DNA of 64,000 nucleotides. It comes from Dipteris shenzhenensis (lineage: Eukaryota). Shown here in pieces: positions 47,031 through 60,337 of the stretch; position 1 is the stretch's first letter; each line of letters opens with the position of its first letter. The translations under genes and the position numbers were made by a program. The notes beneath the pieces were generated by a model that saw only the letters and a list, made by a program, of their open reading frames with translations, had not been told where the DNA came from and made no database searches. The DNA lies in NCBI GenBank assembly GCA_047967505.1, contig CM106538.1, one strand, 5' to 3'.

Positions 47031-48075
47031 GGATGATCCGTAGCAAACCATCGGTACCACACCAGATCATTCTAGCAGAGTTCGGCGCCTCACCCCTACA
47101 GCTTGACACAGCTTCATCTACCACATGCGCTCCGGATCTCCCTCGGTCAGTTTAGGGTCTCGTCACACTGATTATGGATCGACAGAGGCTATCCCACGAG
47201 AGGACCGCCTTTGCCCACTTTGCGACTTGCAGGAGATCGAGTCGGAGGAGCACTTTGCTTTCAGATGTCCTATCTATTATGCCATTCGAGGCCGGTACCA
47301 CTGCCTCTTCTGCGACGGATTCGGCCCCCTCGCACACATGCTGCAATTCTCGGATCAGCAATGCCTAGCCGCTTTCTTACATGAGATGACTCGCCACCGA
47401 GATACCTCTCTCCGAGCACGGGGACACGAGCAGCACACACAGCGTGAGGACACCCAGCGGCCTATCACTGATTTCTTCCGGTCACAGGATACCTCTCCTC
47501 AGTCTAGCTGACGACGCGGACGTGAGCGAGAGCCAGAGCCACGACAGTTGCGCGAGCGGACAGACTCACACATCCGGGTCCATGACATCTCGTCTCTGCT
47601 CTCTGTCCGCCCCACCGAGGTTACCGTTGCCCTCATCCACAGGGCCACCCGCCGCTCCCGACGACCGAGCTCGACTAGGCCACGTGACGTCAGAGGCCAA
47701 TCATCTATCGCAGGGTTTTTTCCGACCTCCCATTTGACGGCCCCTCTATGATTGGTCTCTGACAATCACCACTTGCACATATATACTGTATCTCCCCCCT
47801 CTGCCCCATTTTTTGTGCCCCCCCCTTCTTTTTTGTATCATCTGGAGGTAGACACATATTTTTTGTATCAGGACTAGACACACCGTCCTTCATAACCTCT
47901 TTTTTGTAGAAACGGTTGGCTGGCCCGTTTTGAGACCGCCACCGTTATGCTCATTGTATCAGTTATCTTTAGTCTCATAGACCTTCACGGTCTCCCGAAG
48001 ACTTTAATAAACTTTCTTTCTTTCTTTCTTTCTACTACTTTCCAAGCTACCTCAATTGATATAGGCAAGGGGTAT

Positions 48076-51000
48076 TGTGACGCCAAAAATTGATATTTTT
48101 TATTTGGCATTGGTACTGTTTTTTTCTATGTTTGATAAAAGTTTGAGTATCAAGTGATAGCCTAGCGGCTCTCACTTATTTCTATTTTCTAAGATATTGT
48201 ATGGGATTGAGAGGATGAGTGGAATGGATCATTGTAAATACCATATGTATGAATGATAAATACCTTGGTATGGGGTGAGAGTTCTTTGTGTATGGGATAT
48301 TATGGGGTTTTTAGAAAATAGGAAGAGTGAGTCATATAAAGAGGTGGACTCATGTCCATGTGTTTCAATAATATAAGAGAGATCACATGCCAAGCGTGTT
48401 GAAAGCATATGGAGGAGTGTGAAGTCAAGATGAATCCTTCTAGAATTCCTATGTGGAATAAAGAGGATGTGGACATATGAAAAAAAGAGGGTCCCTATGG
48501 GCTCCATGTGGGGAGACTCTTGACTTTCTGAATGTTTTAAGAGTCTTGAGCATCTTTTGATGGGACACATGGCAAGAGTAGCCAAAAAGGACATGGATGG
48601 TGACATACGGGCTTATGTGATTGATGGGGAAAGGAATCTACAGGCAGCGATTGTAAATGGTTGAAGGAAGGTGATAAAATCTCTATAAAACGAGTCCTCT
48701 CCCTTGTTCAACATCTCTTCCATCATTAGGCCTTATGTTGCTTTAGCTCTAGTCTCCTCAAGCCTCTTCCATGAGCCTTCTCTCCCTCTTGTAGATATTC
48801 TCTTATGTAGACTCTTGAGTCCATCTCTCTCCATCTCTCTCTAGTTCATTCTCTCTCTATGAGTAGTCTTGGAGCTTTCGTTCCCTCTTGTACGTATGAA
48901 ACCTCTTCTTCTCTCTTGTGTTTGTAGTATTTTGAGTTGCATTGGAGTGGAGTCTCACTCTATTGGTAATGAAGGTTACTTCAGGTTCTCGCTCTTGAGT
49001 GTCATGAATGCTCCAGACATTTTTCTTCAGTGAACACAGCTAGGACAATTCTTAATGTAGGTTACTTTTGGCCACGCCTCCATAAGGATGTATATGAATG
49101 ATATCGAAGTTATAAAGTATGCCAAAAGTTTGAAAAGTGACAGTTGATTGTTGGCCCCTTGAAACCTATTCGAGCATATGGACCATTTGAGAGATGGGGG
49201 TTGGACTTTGTGGGACCACTCCCTCGCTCATATCAGGGCAAGTATTATTTATTGGTAGCCACAGATTATGCGACTCGGTCGACAGAGGCCAAGGCATGGT
49301 GATATCTAGACGCACCAATGAGTATCGTCTTAAATTCTTCTATGCTCGACCACCTTGATGTGTCACTAGAGAGGATCTGCTGGGGGGGGGGGGGGAAGAT
49401 GTGACGCCAAAAATTAATATTTTTTATTTGGCATTGGTATTATTTTCTTCTATGTTTGATAAGAGTTTGAGTATAAAGTGATAGCCTAGCGGCTCTCACT
49501 TATTTCTATTTTCTAAAATATTGCATGGGATTGAGAGGATGAGTGGAATGGATGATTGTAAATACCATATGTATGAATGATAAATACCTTGGTATGGGGT
49601 GAGAGTTCTTTGTGTATGGAATATTATGGAATTTTTAGGAAATAGGAAGAGTGAGTCATATAAAGAGGTGGGCTCATGTGCATGTGTTCCAATAATATAA
49701 GAGAGATTACATGCCAAGCGTGTGGAAGGCATGTGGAGGAGCGTGGAGTCAGGAGGAATCCTTCTAGAATTCGTATGCGGAATAAGGAGGATGTGGACAT
49801 ATGAAAAAGAGAAATATTTTTAGAGTCTTGAGCGTCTTTTGATGGGACACATGGCAAGAGTAGCCAAAAAGGACATGGATGGTGACATACGGGCTTATGT
49901 GATTGATGGGGAAATGAATCTACAGGCAGCAATTGTAAATGGGTGAAGGAGGGTGACAAAATCTCTATAAAAGGATCCCTCCTTTCCCTTGTTCAACATC
50001 TCTTCCACCATTAGGCCTCATGTTGCTGTAGCTCTAGTCTCCTCAAGCCTCTTCCATGAGCCTTCTCTCCCTCTTGTAGATATTCTCTTATGTAGACTCT
50101 TGAGTCCATTTCTCTCTAGTTCATATTCTCTCTATGAGTAGTCTTGGAGCTTCCGCTCCCTCTTGTACGTATGAAACCTCTTCTTCTCCCTTGTGTTTGT
50201 AGTATTTTGAGTTGCATTGGAGTGGAGCCTCAATCTATTGGTAATGAAGGTCACTTCAGATTCTCTCTCTTGAGTATCTCTTCCCTTTTTGCATTGTTTT
50301 CTCTGTCAAAGTGCTCAAAAGTGTTGTCTATTCGGCTGCTCATTGCGCATACATGGTTTTTCTATTTCCCAAGTCACAAAGGGAGCTCTTCCTTGCCTCT
50401 TAGGTGACCTCTATGGGACTTGGACCGTTGATGAAGTCTAATCATGGAGGTAGTATTCTCCCAAGTTGGCACCAATAGGAGTATGTGTTTTTCATGACAG
50501 TTTGACCCCCTGTCAGTATTTTGCTCATAACTTTTCGCTCGATGGTCTGATTTGAACGAAACTTATATCAGCACGAAGCTCTCTTCAAGGAGCATCATCC
50601 TATGTCTTCAGTTATTGTATTAGATGTCAAACTAAAAATCTATGACTCTCTGTGTGTGACTGTTTCTTTTTCAGACAATTTTTACCCCCGTCTAGTAAAC
50701 TGCCCATATCTTTCCGACCGCTTCTCTGTTTCTTATGAAACTTATATCAGAGCGAAGCCCATTTCAAGGCGCATCTTGATATGTGTTTGAATATTTGATA
50801 TCATGTCTCTACTGAAAGTTATAGGCCTCTGTGTCTAATGACAGTTTACAGAATGTTTTGAGCTAATTGTAAAGGTATCTATGAAGGAGGTGCAATGTTT
50901 CCCCGGAACCTACCCATCCGACCCAATCGACTCCTTCTAACCCCTCGATATATATCAGTTCATGTCATGTTGAACCGCAAGATCTTCTTTCAATAACGTA

Positions 51001-54000
51001 TCGCTCTTCTCTTTGGCGCAGACCGCCGGCTTGTTGAGATTATGGCCTCCGTTAAACCTTTCCTTCTCCCTATGCTTAAGTACTACATCACTTGGGATGT
51101 TACCATCTTCATTCTTATCTAAGGGAGGATAGTATGGTGTGGTCTCTTGGTATAAAAGCTTATTTTTAATGTCCCCTTCCTAGTGATGAATATCTCTATC
51201 ACTCAGTTCGAAAGCAGTAGGAAGTGAAGAGGTGTGTGAAGTTTATCACCCCCAACTTCATGTCACATCTTTTGGTAGATACGTCGAGTACGTTTGATAT
51301 TGGATTCATCCCACCTCACTAAACGGTCTCGGGTGTACTTGATTGCATGTTATGCCTAGTATAGGCATGTGGTTGCTGATGTGATAAAAAAGATGCTTGG
51401 AAGAACTCTGTTAGAAGAGATTGCAGCCCGTTTAAGAGAACTAGAAGATTGTGAATGTGATGCTCAAGCTATTTGCACGGTCATGATGATCATATCCTTT
51501 ATGTGTGCACTCTTGAATATGTTGGTGAATCGGCAACACCGGCAGCGGGCACAATTATAGATTGGAGATTGTTTCATGCACTAGCAGCTTGGTGTGAAGA
51601 AGAGTTGAGTCTTTGGGTAGTTTTTGACTATAACAGTAGAGTGGTGATTCTCAATGCTTTCAACTTCTTTTGCTATGCAAATGATGAAGAGTACAATATC
51701 TTGAAGCTGTTATGTGCACTTTCAATTGTGAGAAGGGTTATTCTTGAATGCATGTATACATAATTTTTTCATGGTGCTGGTTGGTCACTTATTTTTGAAG
51801 ATTTTATTGAGGATCACATTGTGGAGGGTTTTCAATAAGTGGTTATGCATAATAAGTTGGTCTTGGTATACTAAGGCTGTGTGGGATCTTGTTTGGATAT
51901 ATTATTTGGATCTTGGTGTTACCTTTTTGTGTTTCATCATGGTGAATATTCCAATGTTTCAAGGGACTGAAGTGGAAGATCCGGAGTCTTATCTTCAGGA
52001 TTTTGTTTGAGAATGCCGGCTTTCTGGATGGTCCATGAAGGATCGGGTAGAGATTTTTTCTGATTTTCTTAAAGGTGTAGCCTTGAGTTGGCATGAGGCC
52101 TTGCCAGACTCAACGCTTAGATTAGAGGGGTTTTCTCTTTGTAGAGGTTAGCACATAGACAAGTGCTTATCAATGGGGACAAAGGAGAGGGATTTCACAT
52201 TTCTATATCAGTCCGGTAGTGATGCCCTCTTGCCTCTTTCTTGTATTTATTTGTGGCTAAAGCAATGAGCAGCTTGGTGTGAAGAAGAGTTGAGTCTTTG
52301 GGTAGTTTTTGACTATAATAATGGAGTAGTGATTCTTAATGCTTTCAACTCCTTTTGCTATGCAAATGATGAAGAGTACAATATCTTGAAGCTGTTATGT
52401 GCACTTCCAATTTTGACAAGGGTGATTCTTGAATGCATGTATATACAATGTTTTTATGGTGTTGGTTGGTCACTTATTTTTGAAGATTTTATTGAGGATC
52501 GCATTGTGGAGGGTTTTCAACAAGTGGTTGTGCATAATAAGTTGGTCTTCGTATACTAAGGCTCTAGGGGATCTTGTCTGGATCTTGTTTGGGATATTAT
52601 TTGGATCTTGGTGTTTCTTTTTTGTGTTTCATAATGGTGAAGATTCCAGTGTTTCGAGAGACTCAAGGGGAAGACCCGGAGTCTTATCTTCGGGATTTTG
52701 TTCAAGGATGCCAACTCTCTGGATGGTCCATGAAGGACCGAGCGGAGATTTTGTCCGATTTTCTTGAAGGTGTAGCCTTGAGTTGGCATGAGGCCTTGCC
52801 AGACTCTATCAAGGAGGACTGGGACCAAGTGGTGGCTGCAATGAAGCAGAGATTTGGGGAAGTGGAGCTGCCAATTGCGTTGATGTTGCAGTTGGACCGG
52901 TTCTATCAAGGAGAGGGTGAGATGGTCTCTGCGTTGGCAATCTGATATGAAACTTTATGGACAAAGTATGAAAGGACAGCTTTGTGAGCTGTGGCATTTG
53001 CATCATCCGTCCCTCAAAGTCTCGTAGGGATGGAGCTCTTAAAGATGAGCAACCTTTGGAGTCTCGTCTTCGCTCAAAAGTAATGAGTAAAGATTCAACA
53101 ACATATGTGGAGGCACTTCGCATTGCGACCAAGAAGGAAGGCTCTCTAAAGATCAAAAGCGACAGTCGATTCCTGGGTCCTTGAAGCCTATTCCAATATA
53201 TGGACCATTTGGAAGGTGGGGGTTGGACTTTGTGGGACCACTCCCTCGCTCATATCAGGGCAATTTATTGGTAGCCAAAGATTATGCGACTCGATGGACA
53301 GAGGCCAAGGCACGGTGATACTTGGACGCACTAATGAGTATTGCCTTAAATTCTTCTATGCTCGACCACCTTGAGGCCCAGCAGACCCTCTCTATCACTA
53401 GAGAGGATCTGTTGGGGGGGAAAAGATGTGACGCTAAAAATTGATATTTTTTATTTGGCATTGGTATTGTTTTCCTCTATGCTTGATAAGAGTTTGAGTA
53501 TCAAGTGATAGCCTAGCGGCTCTCACTTATTTCTATTTTCTAAAATATTGTATGGGATTGAGAGGATGAGTGGAATGGATCATTGTAAATACCATGTGTA
53601 TGAATTATAAATACCTTGGTATGGGATGAGAGTTATTTGTGTATGGGATATTATGAGATTTTTAGAAAATAGAAAGAGTGAGTCATATAAAGAGGTGGGT
53701 TCATGTCCATGTGTTCCAATAATATAAGAGAGATCACATGCCAAGCGTGTGGAAGGCATGTGGAGGAGTGTGGAGTCGGCACCTAGAGGAGTAGGTGTTT
53801 TTCATGACAGTTTGACCCCCTATTAGTATTTTGCTCATAACTTTTCGCTCAATGGTCCAATTTGAACGAAACTCATATCAGCGCGAAGCTCTCTTCAAGG
53901 AGCATTATCCATATCTCTGTGTGTGACTGTCCAATTTGACTCTATGTGTGTGACTGTTTCTTTTTCAGACAGTTTTTACCTCTGCCTAGTGAACTACCCA

Positions 54001-54558
54001 TATCTTTCCAACCACTTCTCTATTTCTTACGAAACTTATATCAAAGCAAAGCCCATTTCAGGGCGCATCTTGATATGTGTTTGAATATTTGATATCATGT
54101 CTCTATTGAAAGTTATAGGCCTCTGTGTCTAATGACAGTTTACAGAGTATTTTGAGCTAATTGTAAAGGTATCTATGAAGGAGGTGCAATGTTTCCCCGG
54201 AACCTACCCATCCGACCCAATCAGCCCCTTCTAACTCCTCGATATATATCAGTTCATGTCATGTTGAGCTGCAAGATCTTCTTTTAAGAACGTATCACTC
54301 TTCTCTTTGGCGCAGACTGGCTTGTTGAGATTATGGCCTCCGCTGATCGTTTCCTTCTCCCTATGCTTGAGTACAACATCACTTGGGATGTTACCATCTT
54401 CATTCTCATCTAAGGGAGGATAGTATGGTGTAGTCTCTTGGAATAAAAGCTTCTTTTTAATGTCCCTTTCCCAGTGATGAATATCTCTATCACTCAGTTC
54501 GAAAGCAGCAGGAAGTGAAAAGGTGTGTGAAGTTTATTACCCCCAACTTCATGTCACA
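48076..54558 (+). mobile_element. Three-LTR tandem non-autonomous Gypsy-derived element (LARD-like)
   Basis: TGTGAC...GTCACA LTR copies at 48076-~49000 (partial), 49400-51267 and 53427-54558 (internally deleted). G-rich PPTs precede 49400 and 53427. Only gag (GEDPESYL..GVALSWHEAL) and integrase (WGLDFVGPLP) remnants are present. Confidence 0.85.
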
Positions 54559-56655
54559 TTATTCCTCTTCTCACCTTCCTTGAGTGTGGGGATTCTTCGC
54601 ACTCCAGTGTCAAACCTGGTTCATAGGAACTCTTTTTTCATCCTGGGAGATATGGCGGAGATTGTGTTGCCTCTGCAGTTGAGGATGTTGTTATTGGATT
54701 TCCTATCAACAGAGCATCTCCTTTTGCAGGTGTGGGGAGTCTTTCTCTCATGGATTTTCCTTCCCTTGGCAACCTTGGGAGGAGAACTTCTACTCCAGAT
54801 ATTTGTTTCCACCACTAAGTCGGGTAAGGTGTTCCATCCGACTTTCTTCCACCTATGAGAATTGCCAATTGGAACATACAGGGCCTTGATGGTGTGCCAC
54901 ATCGCTGCTGTTGTAGGCAACTGATTCATAATCAACTTCATCCAGGTGTTAATGGGGGTCCATTAAATTTTTTTCTATTCAGGAACACAAATTGGATGCC
55001 AAAGATTGTGCCAAGTCAAGGAAGATGCTTTCTAGTTACACGTTTTAGTCCCCTGCAGTTGGCACTAGGGGAGGTACATGCATTTTAGTTTCGAACTCTC
55101 TTCTCCCCTTGGTTGTTGGACATGGATTCATCATCCCCTCTAGAGGTCAATGAATCCTTCTTTTGATTGGGGGACGTAAGGTAAACTTCCTCAACCTTTA
55201 CGCCCCTAATAATAGAGGGGATCATGTCCTTATGTGGAAGGAGCTTCTCTCTTGGGCCCCCAATCCAGATTCATGGGTTATTAGAGGTGAATTCTACATG
55301 GTGGAGTTGCCCTCCGACAAGAAAGGGGGTAAAGAGGGTGGCATTCACTTCTCAAAGAGAGCAGCCTTCTCGAATGGCTTCCGATTTTGGTTCAGTGGTA
55401 GAGATGCACGGTTTAATGATGCCTTTCACACTCAGCCACAATCACTCTTGTTTTCATGGTTGAACAGGAGGCTAGAGATGCCTATCTATGCACAGATTGG
55501 TAGATTTTATGTTGATGACTGGGCTCTAGGTAGAGGTGGGTCAGTATGCATTTCTACTGGGATATCCACTTCAGATCACTTTCCCATGGTATTGATGATT
55601 TCGGGGCCTTTTGAGAGGATGCTCTGCTAGTATCAAGATTCCAGATTCCTTTAATGGAGAGGAGGACCTCACAGTGGTAGCCTTGTAGGTTTTGATTTCT
55701 CGAATGGAGGGTGGAGTGCCGTCCCCTTTACATGTGACTGCAGCCCCAAGTGGTGTTAGTGATTTTTATCATTTGGTTGCTAGCACTAGGAGACATGACA
55801 TTCTCAGACATGAGATTGGTACTCACTAGCAACTGGCAGCCTTGCTAAGGTATGAGCGGAAAGTATGAGCGGAAATGGCCTACGGATGCTTAGATTCAGG
55901 AGCGCCTTGCTGTAGCAAGTGCTCATCAACAGATATTGCAGCTTGGTATATTTGGAGGGGCAGATGTACGGAGGCGATGGAGGGTTTACAGGTTCACCCT
56001 TCCCAGTCTATGGCCAGTATATGGACTGATACTATACACACGTTGATGGCCATCTGGGCGAGCATGTAGGGTTCCTCCAGAGCAGCTAGAGCCAGGAGAG
56101 ATATTTTTCAAAGTTTGGAGAGGATCTCTGTTCTTCTTTGAGTTTTCTTCAGGGTTGCGGTGGCATTTTCAAGCTCCACCTTGGAATTTTGTTAGCTCTT
56201 TTTAAGCTGTTTTTTCTTTCATGCATGTCATGATGTACTTCTACATTTGAGCTTGCTCTTGTAGATTTCATTCATACTTAATGAAGTAAATCTTTTTGCA
56301 AAAAAAAAAAAGTAGATGCTAACACACAAGCCAAAGATGATGCTAGATATGCTATATTGCAATGTATTTCTATGTTGGTGAAACTGGATATGCGGGTCTC
56401 ACTTGATGCACCTTTCACCAACATAGAGTTTAGAATTGATGTTCTTGCTCTCTATAGGGACAATTGCTCGCGTTCAGATGGGCTTACTCCCTTCTCCTTT
56501 ATTACTTTTTGAGATAATATTAAGGATCACATTACCTTAGCCCTACAAGGCGTTTGGGACTTTGGTGAGATGTCGGACTCACTTATAGGTGGTCTCATTC
56601 ATCTTATTCCAAAAGGGAGTAGCGAAAAATTAGTGTCTCAGTGGAGGTCTCCATA
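54559..56655 (+). mobile_element. Degenerate LINE family A copy (ORF1 end, EN, start of RT region)
   Basis: MRIANWNIQGL, FLNLYAPN, STSDHFP and LIHLIPKG...WR are colinear with 36260-38160. Confidence 0.87.
55935..56311 (+). mobile_element. 5'-truncated LINE A 3' end with poly(A), embedded in the older LINE A copy
   Basis: IAAWYIWRGRCTEAMEG motif and an A-run at ~56300-56311. The older element resumes afterwards. Confidence 0.8.
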
Positions 56656-56659
56656 TGGG

Positions 56660-59190
56660 TTGATGTGGCCAAATAGGAATCCGCATAGAGCAGCAGCAGA
56701 GAGCCAGTAAGGCTCTCAACATCAGAGTATGCGGGATCCCACGCACTGAGGCTACACCGATGGTAGATGCGACTGTGTTCGTGGCCGCTACCCTGGGTGT
56801 GGCTGAGCACATGATAGAGAGGGCTTGGCAGGTGGGGAAAGATCCCAATTGAGAGCAATCCCTGATCATACGGTTTCATGATGCTCAGGCACGACTTTTA
56901 GCTCTACGACGCAGGTTAGTCCTTCGAGATCAGCCAGCGATCTCTATGGATGAGGACCTCACACCTCTACAGGTTGAGGAGAGGCGCTCTTTGCTATAGC
57001 AACGGGATCAGGCCCGGAAAGAGGGGAAGTGGGCAGTGGTACGAGAGAGACGACTTCTTACAGGCCCCTGTAGGGCCCCTGTCCCCTCCCCTACATAAGA
57101 AACCGGGGTCTATGAGACTCAGATATCCGAGACCTTGTCCTGCACCATTTGGAACTGTAATGGTATCTTATGGTCAGAACCAAGGAACTTCTCAGAATAC
57201 TATATAGGCCACGACATAGTCTTTTATACAGAGACACATTAGAGTCCAGAGCGCCCTCTTCCAATAGGTAGCGGATATACATGGGAGTCTGCCTATAGAG
57301 ATGAGACGAGGGGTACATGAGGAGTTCGAGGTTCAGGTGGAGTTGCAGTCCTTTTCAGATCCACACTTCGGGAGACCATTTCAGTAGAGCAGAGAGATAC
57401 ACATTCTAGATTTCTTTGGATCCGGATTCGACACATGGATAGCCGGGATATGCTTGTCGCAGTTTGCTACTTTTCCCTACTTTGCCAGAGATATCCAAGG
57501 TGATGATCAGACATTCCCATTTGCTGCCCTTTATCAGTCCATCGTTGACTTCTCTAGCCACAGAGAAGTCCTCCTAGTGGGGGACTTCAGCGCGAGGACA
57601 AGGGCCCGTCAACTTCAGAGATGATTCCACTCCACTGCCAAATATTGACCTTGAGGAGGTAGGTATGCTACGGGTTTCGGCTTACAGGCGAGGTCCATAT
57701 GCCCTATTAGACCTCGGCAGGATACACGATCTCATTATCTATAATGGTCTTGACAGATGGCCCGCTTCAGGTGGGTTCACATGCTTTTCACATGGGAGGG
57801 GCTCCAGCGTTGTTGATTACATCATGGGATCCCCTGTCTTCACATCTCGCATTATTGACTTCACTGTAGCACCTCTCCCCCCACGGGCTGATCATACATA
57901 CCTTTTCTTTAGCATCTCCACCTCCCTTCGCATAGCATCTTCCACCCCACTTAGTGCTTACTCCACCTACCACGATATACGCTTTGATCGGGATCACTCA
58001 CCTTCTTACTCTGGCCGTCTGCACATACTTCTCGCTTATATTGACTTCATACCCCTTTTAGAGGATCGTGCTGCCCTTGTCACCCGCTCACTACACGAGA
58101 CTGCCATTCACGCTTTCCCCCACACCACCCGCCCACCACCCCCTGGAACTGTACCCTGTAATAGTTGGTACGATGATGAGTTTAAGGCTTTACGCCGTCA
58201 ACTCGGATTTGAAACCAAAGCAGTCTTCCAAGCATGCCAGATATGCTACGCGAATACCGTAGACTAGTACGGAGGAAGAAACTAGACTTCGTTCATCGAA
58301 ACGAGAAGGAGCTACTGAACATTTTGTTTAGTAACAAATCTAAGGACTTATGGCAGAGATTTTTAGAAGGACGGTCCCCTCCGGCACTCACTGACACTCA
58401 GATCTGGTTTGATTATGCATGCACACTTTATGACATCCCAAATCAGTCAGTCCCTAATCTCTCACGCATGCCTTGTTCCACATCGTGCACCCTCTTCACT
58501 AGAGGAGGGGTAAAGGATGCCGTAATGAAACTTCATAATGGCTGAGCAAAGGATCATGAGGGGCTATGCACTGAGTTCATTGCATATGGGATCAACCTCC
58601 TAGCCCCGATCTTAGCAAAGCTTTTTAATGAAGCTGTTTGTTTGGGATTTCCACACTTGGACCATTAACACTATCTCACCCATCCACAAGGCAGGGGATC
58701 CCATGAGCCCGGAGAACTACAGGACCATTATGATTGGACATGTCGTGTCTAAGATTTATGCATCAGTACTTGACTCTGAGGTTAACAAACTTGCAGAGTG
58801 TTGAGGACTTAGAGCAGCAAGACAAGTCGGATTCCGGCGTGATCATGGAGCCATGGACCACATTCTCATGCTCAGATGTATCATCGAGGAGGCGAGATCA
58901 TGGAAGCAGAGGGTTTATTGTTGCTTTGTGGATTTTCGCAAGGCATTTGACACGGTTCCGAGAACCTGCCTCATACGGCGCCTATACGACTTGGGCTATG
59001 ACCAGGAGATCATTTGGGCTGTCATGGCACTTTACGAGAGAGTTTCAGGCAGAGTTCAGGTAGGATCTGGGTGGATAGACAAGATCATGAGCACCATCGG
59101 GGTCAAACAAGGGTGTCCTTCGTCGTCTACTTTGTTTGGCCTCTACATTGACGGAGCTTGAGACAGTGATGCAGACACAGGGGGGTGTAG
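56660..59190 (+). mobile_element. Degenerate RTE/RTEX-like LINE (EN plus RT N-terminal half)
   Basis: Motifs VGDFSART, FTCFSHGRGSSVVDY, NYRTIMI, CCFVDFRKAFDTVPR and GVKQGCP. Same family as 39880. The left boundary is approximate. Confidence 0.82.
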
Positions 59191-60337
59191 GCTCTACTGC
59201 TTTTGTCCATCCAACGTCATCTGCTTTTGCCTAAACCACCTTCACAGCCACCCTCATTCACATTTAAATGAAGTGAACAACACTATCAGAAGGTAAAAGG
59301 CATTCATTCAACGTTCTTGTCTCTATGCCCCTTTACATTCAATTCATACACTGGCCACATTTCCTCCCAAGCCAAACAACCTAAACCACCCAGTGGATTA
59401 CACAGCTCAACACAAGCTCTCCTACTAACTGAGATCAAAGCTCAGAAAACACATCGATGATCCATGAAACATAAATTTTATCTATATGAGTGTACTCCAC
59501 AACTACAACTATTCACTATGCAACACCACTTAAGGCCTTCACACATCTCATATACAAGCTGTTTGCTATCCATGAGCTCTCATCAAAATTCTTTGAGTCT
59601 GGAGTGAACCAAGCTCTCCTCTAATAGCTTGCTATCCTTTGAGTTCATCACAGCCAGTGCTTCATCTTCTTTCCTGCCTTCATATTTATCCACTGAATTG
59701 CCAACAATCCATTGGCAATATTATTTACCACTCACACGCTCCTTATGGACTCATGGAAGTTTGAGCACAGCTCGCCACCCTTGGAGATCTTGATATCCTG
59801 CATGGCAAGGCCTCCTTGCTTGGGCATCTCCCTTGCTTCGTATCAAGTATAGAACCTCACAAGTTATTGATAAAGTATCCAAAATAAGAAACGAGCCACC
59901 AAGTCATCAACCTCCTCCTCTCTTCTCCGTCTGCAAATCTTGCTCAATCATTTCCTTCTTCTATCCAATCCCGAACCCACTTGATTCATGTTTTGCCCTG
60001 CTACACCATCTACATGGTGATACAATGCAAAAGAGCTCCTCTGATTATGAAAGTGAACAAAAAGAAATATCCTCACAGAATCATTTGAGCGTCAAGAATG
60101 TGAAGGCGAACAAGAGATGGACTTTCCTCTCCATGTACCATCCATCGTAGACACCCTCTTTCTCACAAGATAAGGCATTGAGTTTGAGTTTCTAGCAGCA
60201 CTAGCGTAGCATAACTGTTCGTGAGGTGCCCTTCGTGCTTTGCCATCTCCTTCTTCACTAGGTTTTCCAACAGCTCGCTATCCCTGGAGTCCCGAAACAG
60301 CCGAGATTTCTTTGGCTAGTACTTGGCACCCGTCCAG

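Larger units (their letters stand above)
39880..48033 (+). mobile_element. 5'-truncated RTE/RTEX-like LINE split by the Copia insertion
   Basis: RT motifs CFVDFRKAFDTVP, GVKQGCPLSPTLFGLYID, YADD and YTYLG (39880-40778). The frame resumes after the Copia (FAR-M|IRSKPSVP). It has a C-terminal CPLC..EEHFAFRC knuckle, AATAAA at 48006 and a (CTTT)n tail at 48012-48033. Confidence 0.85.
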
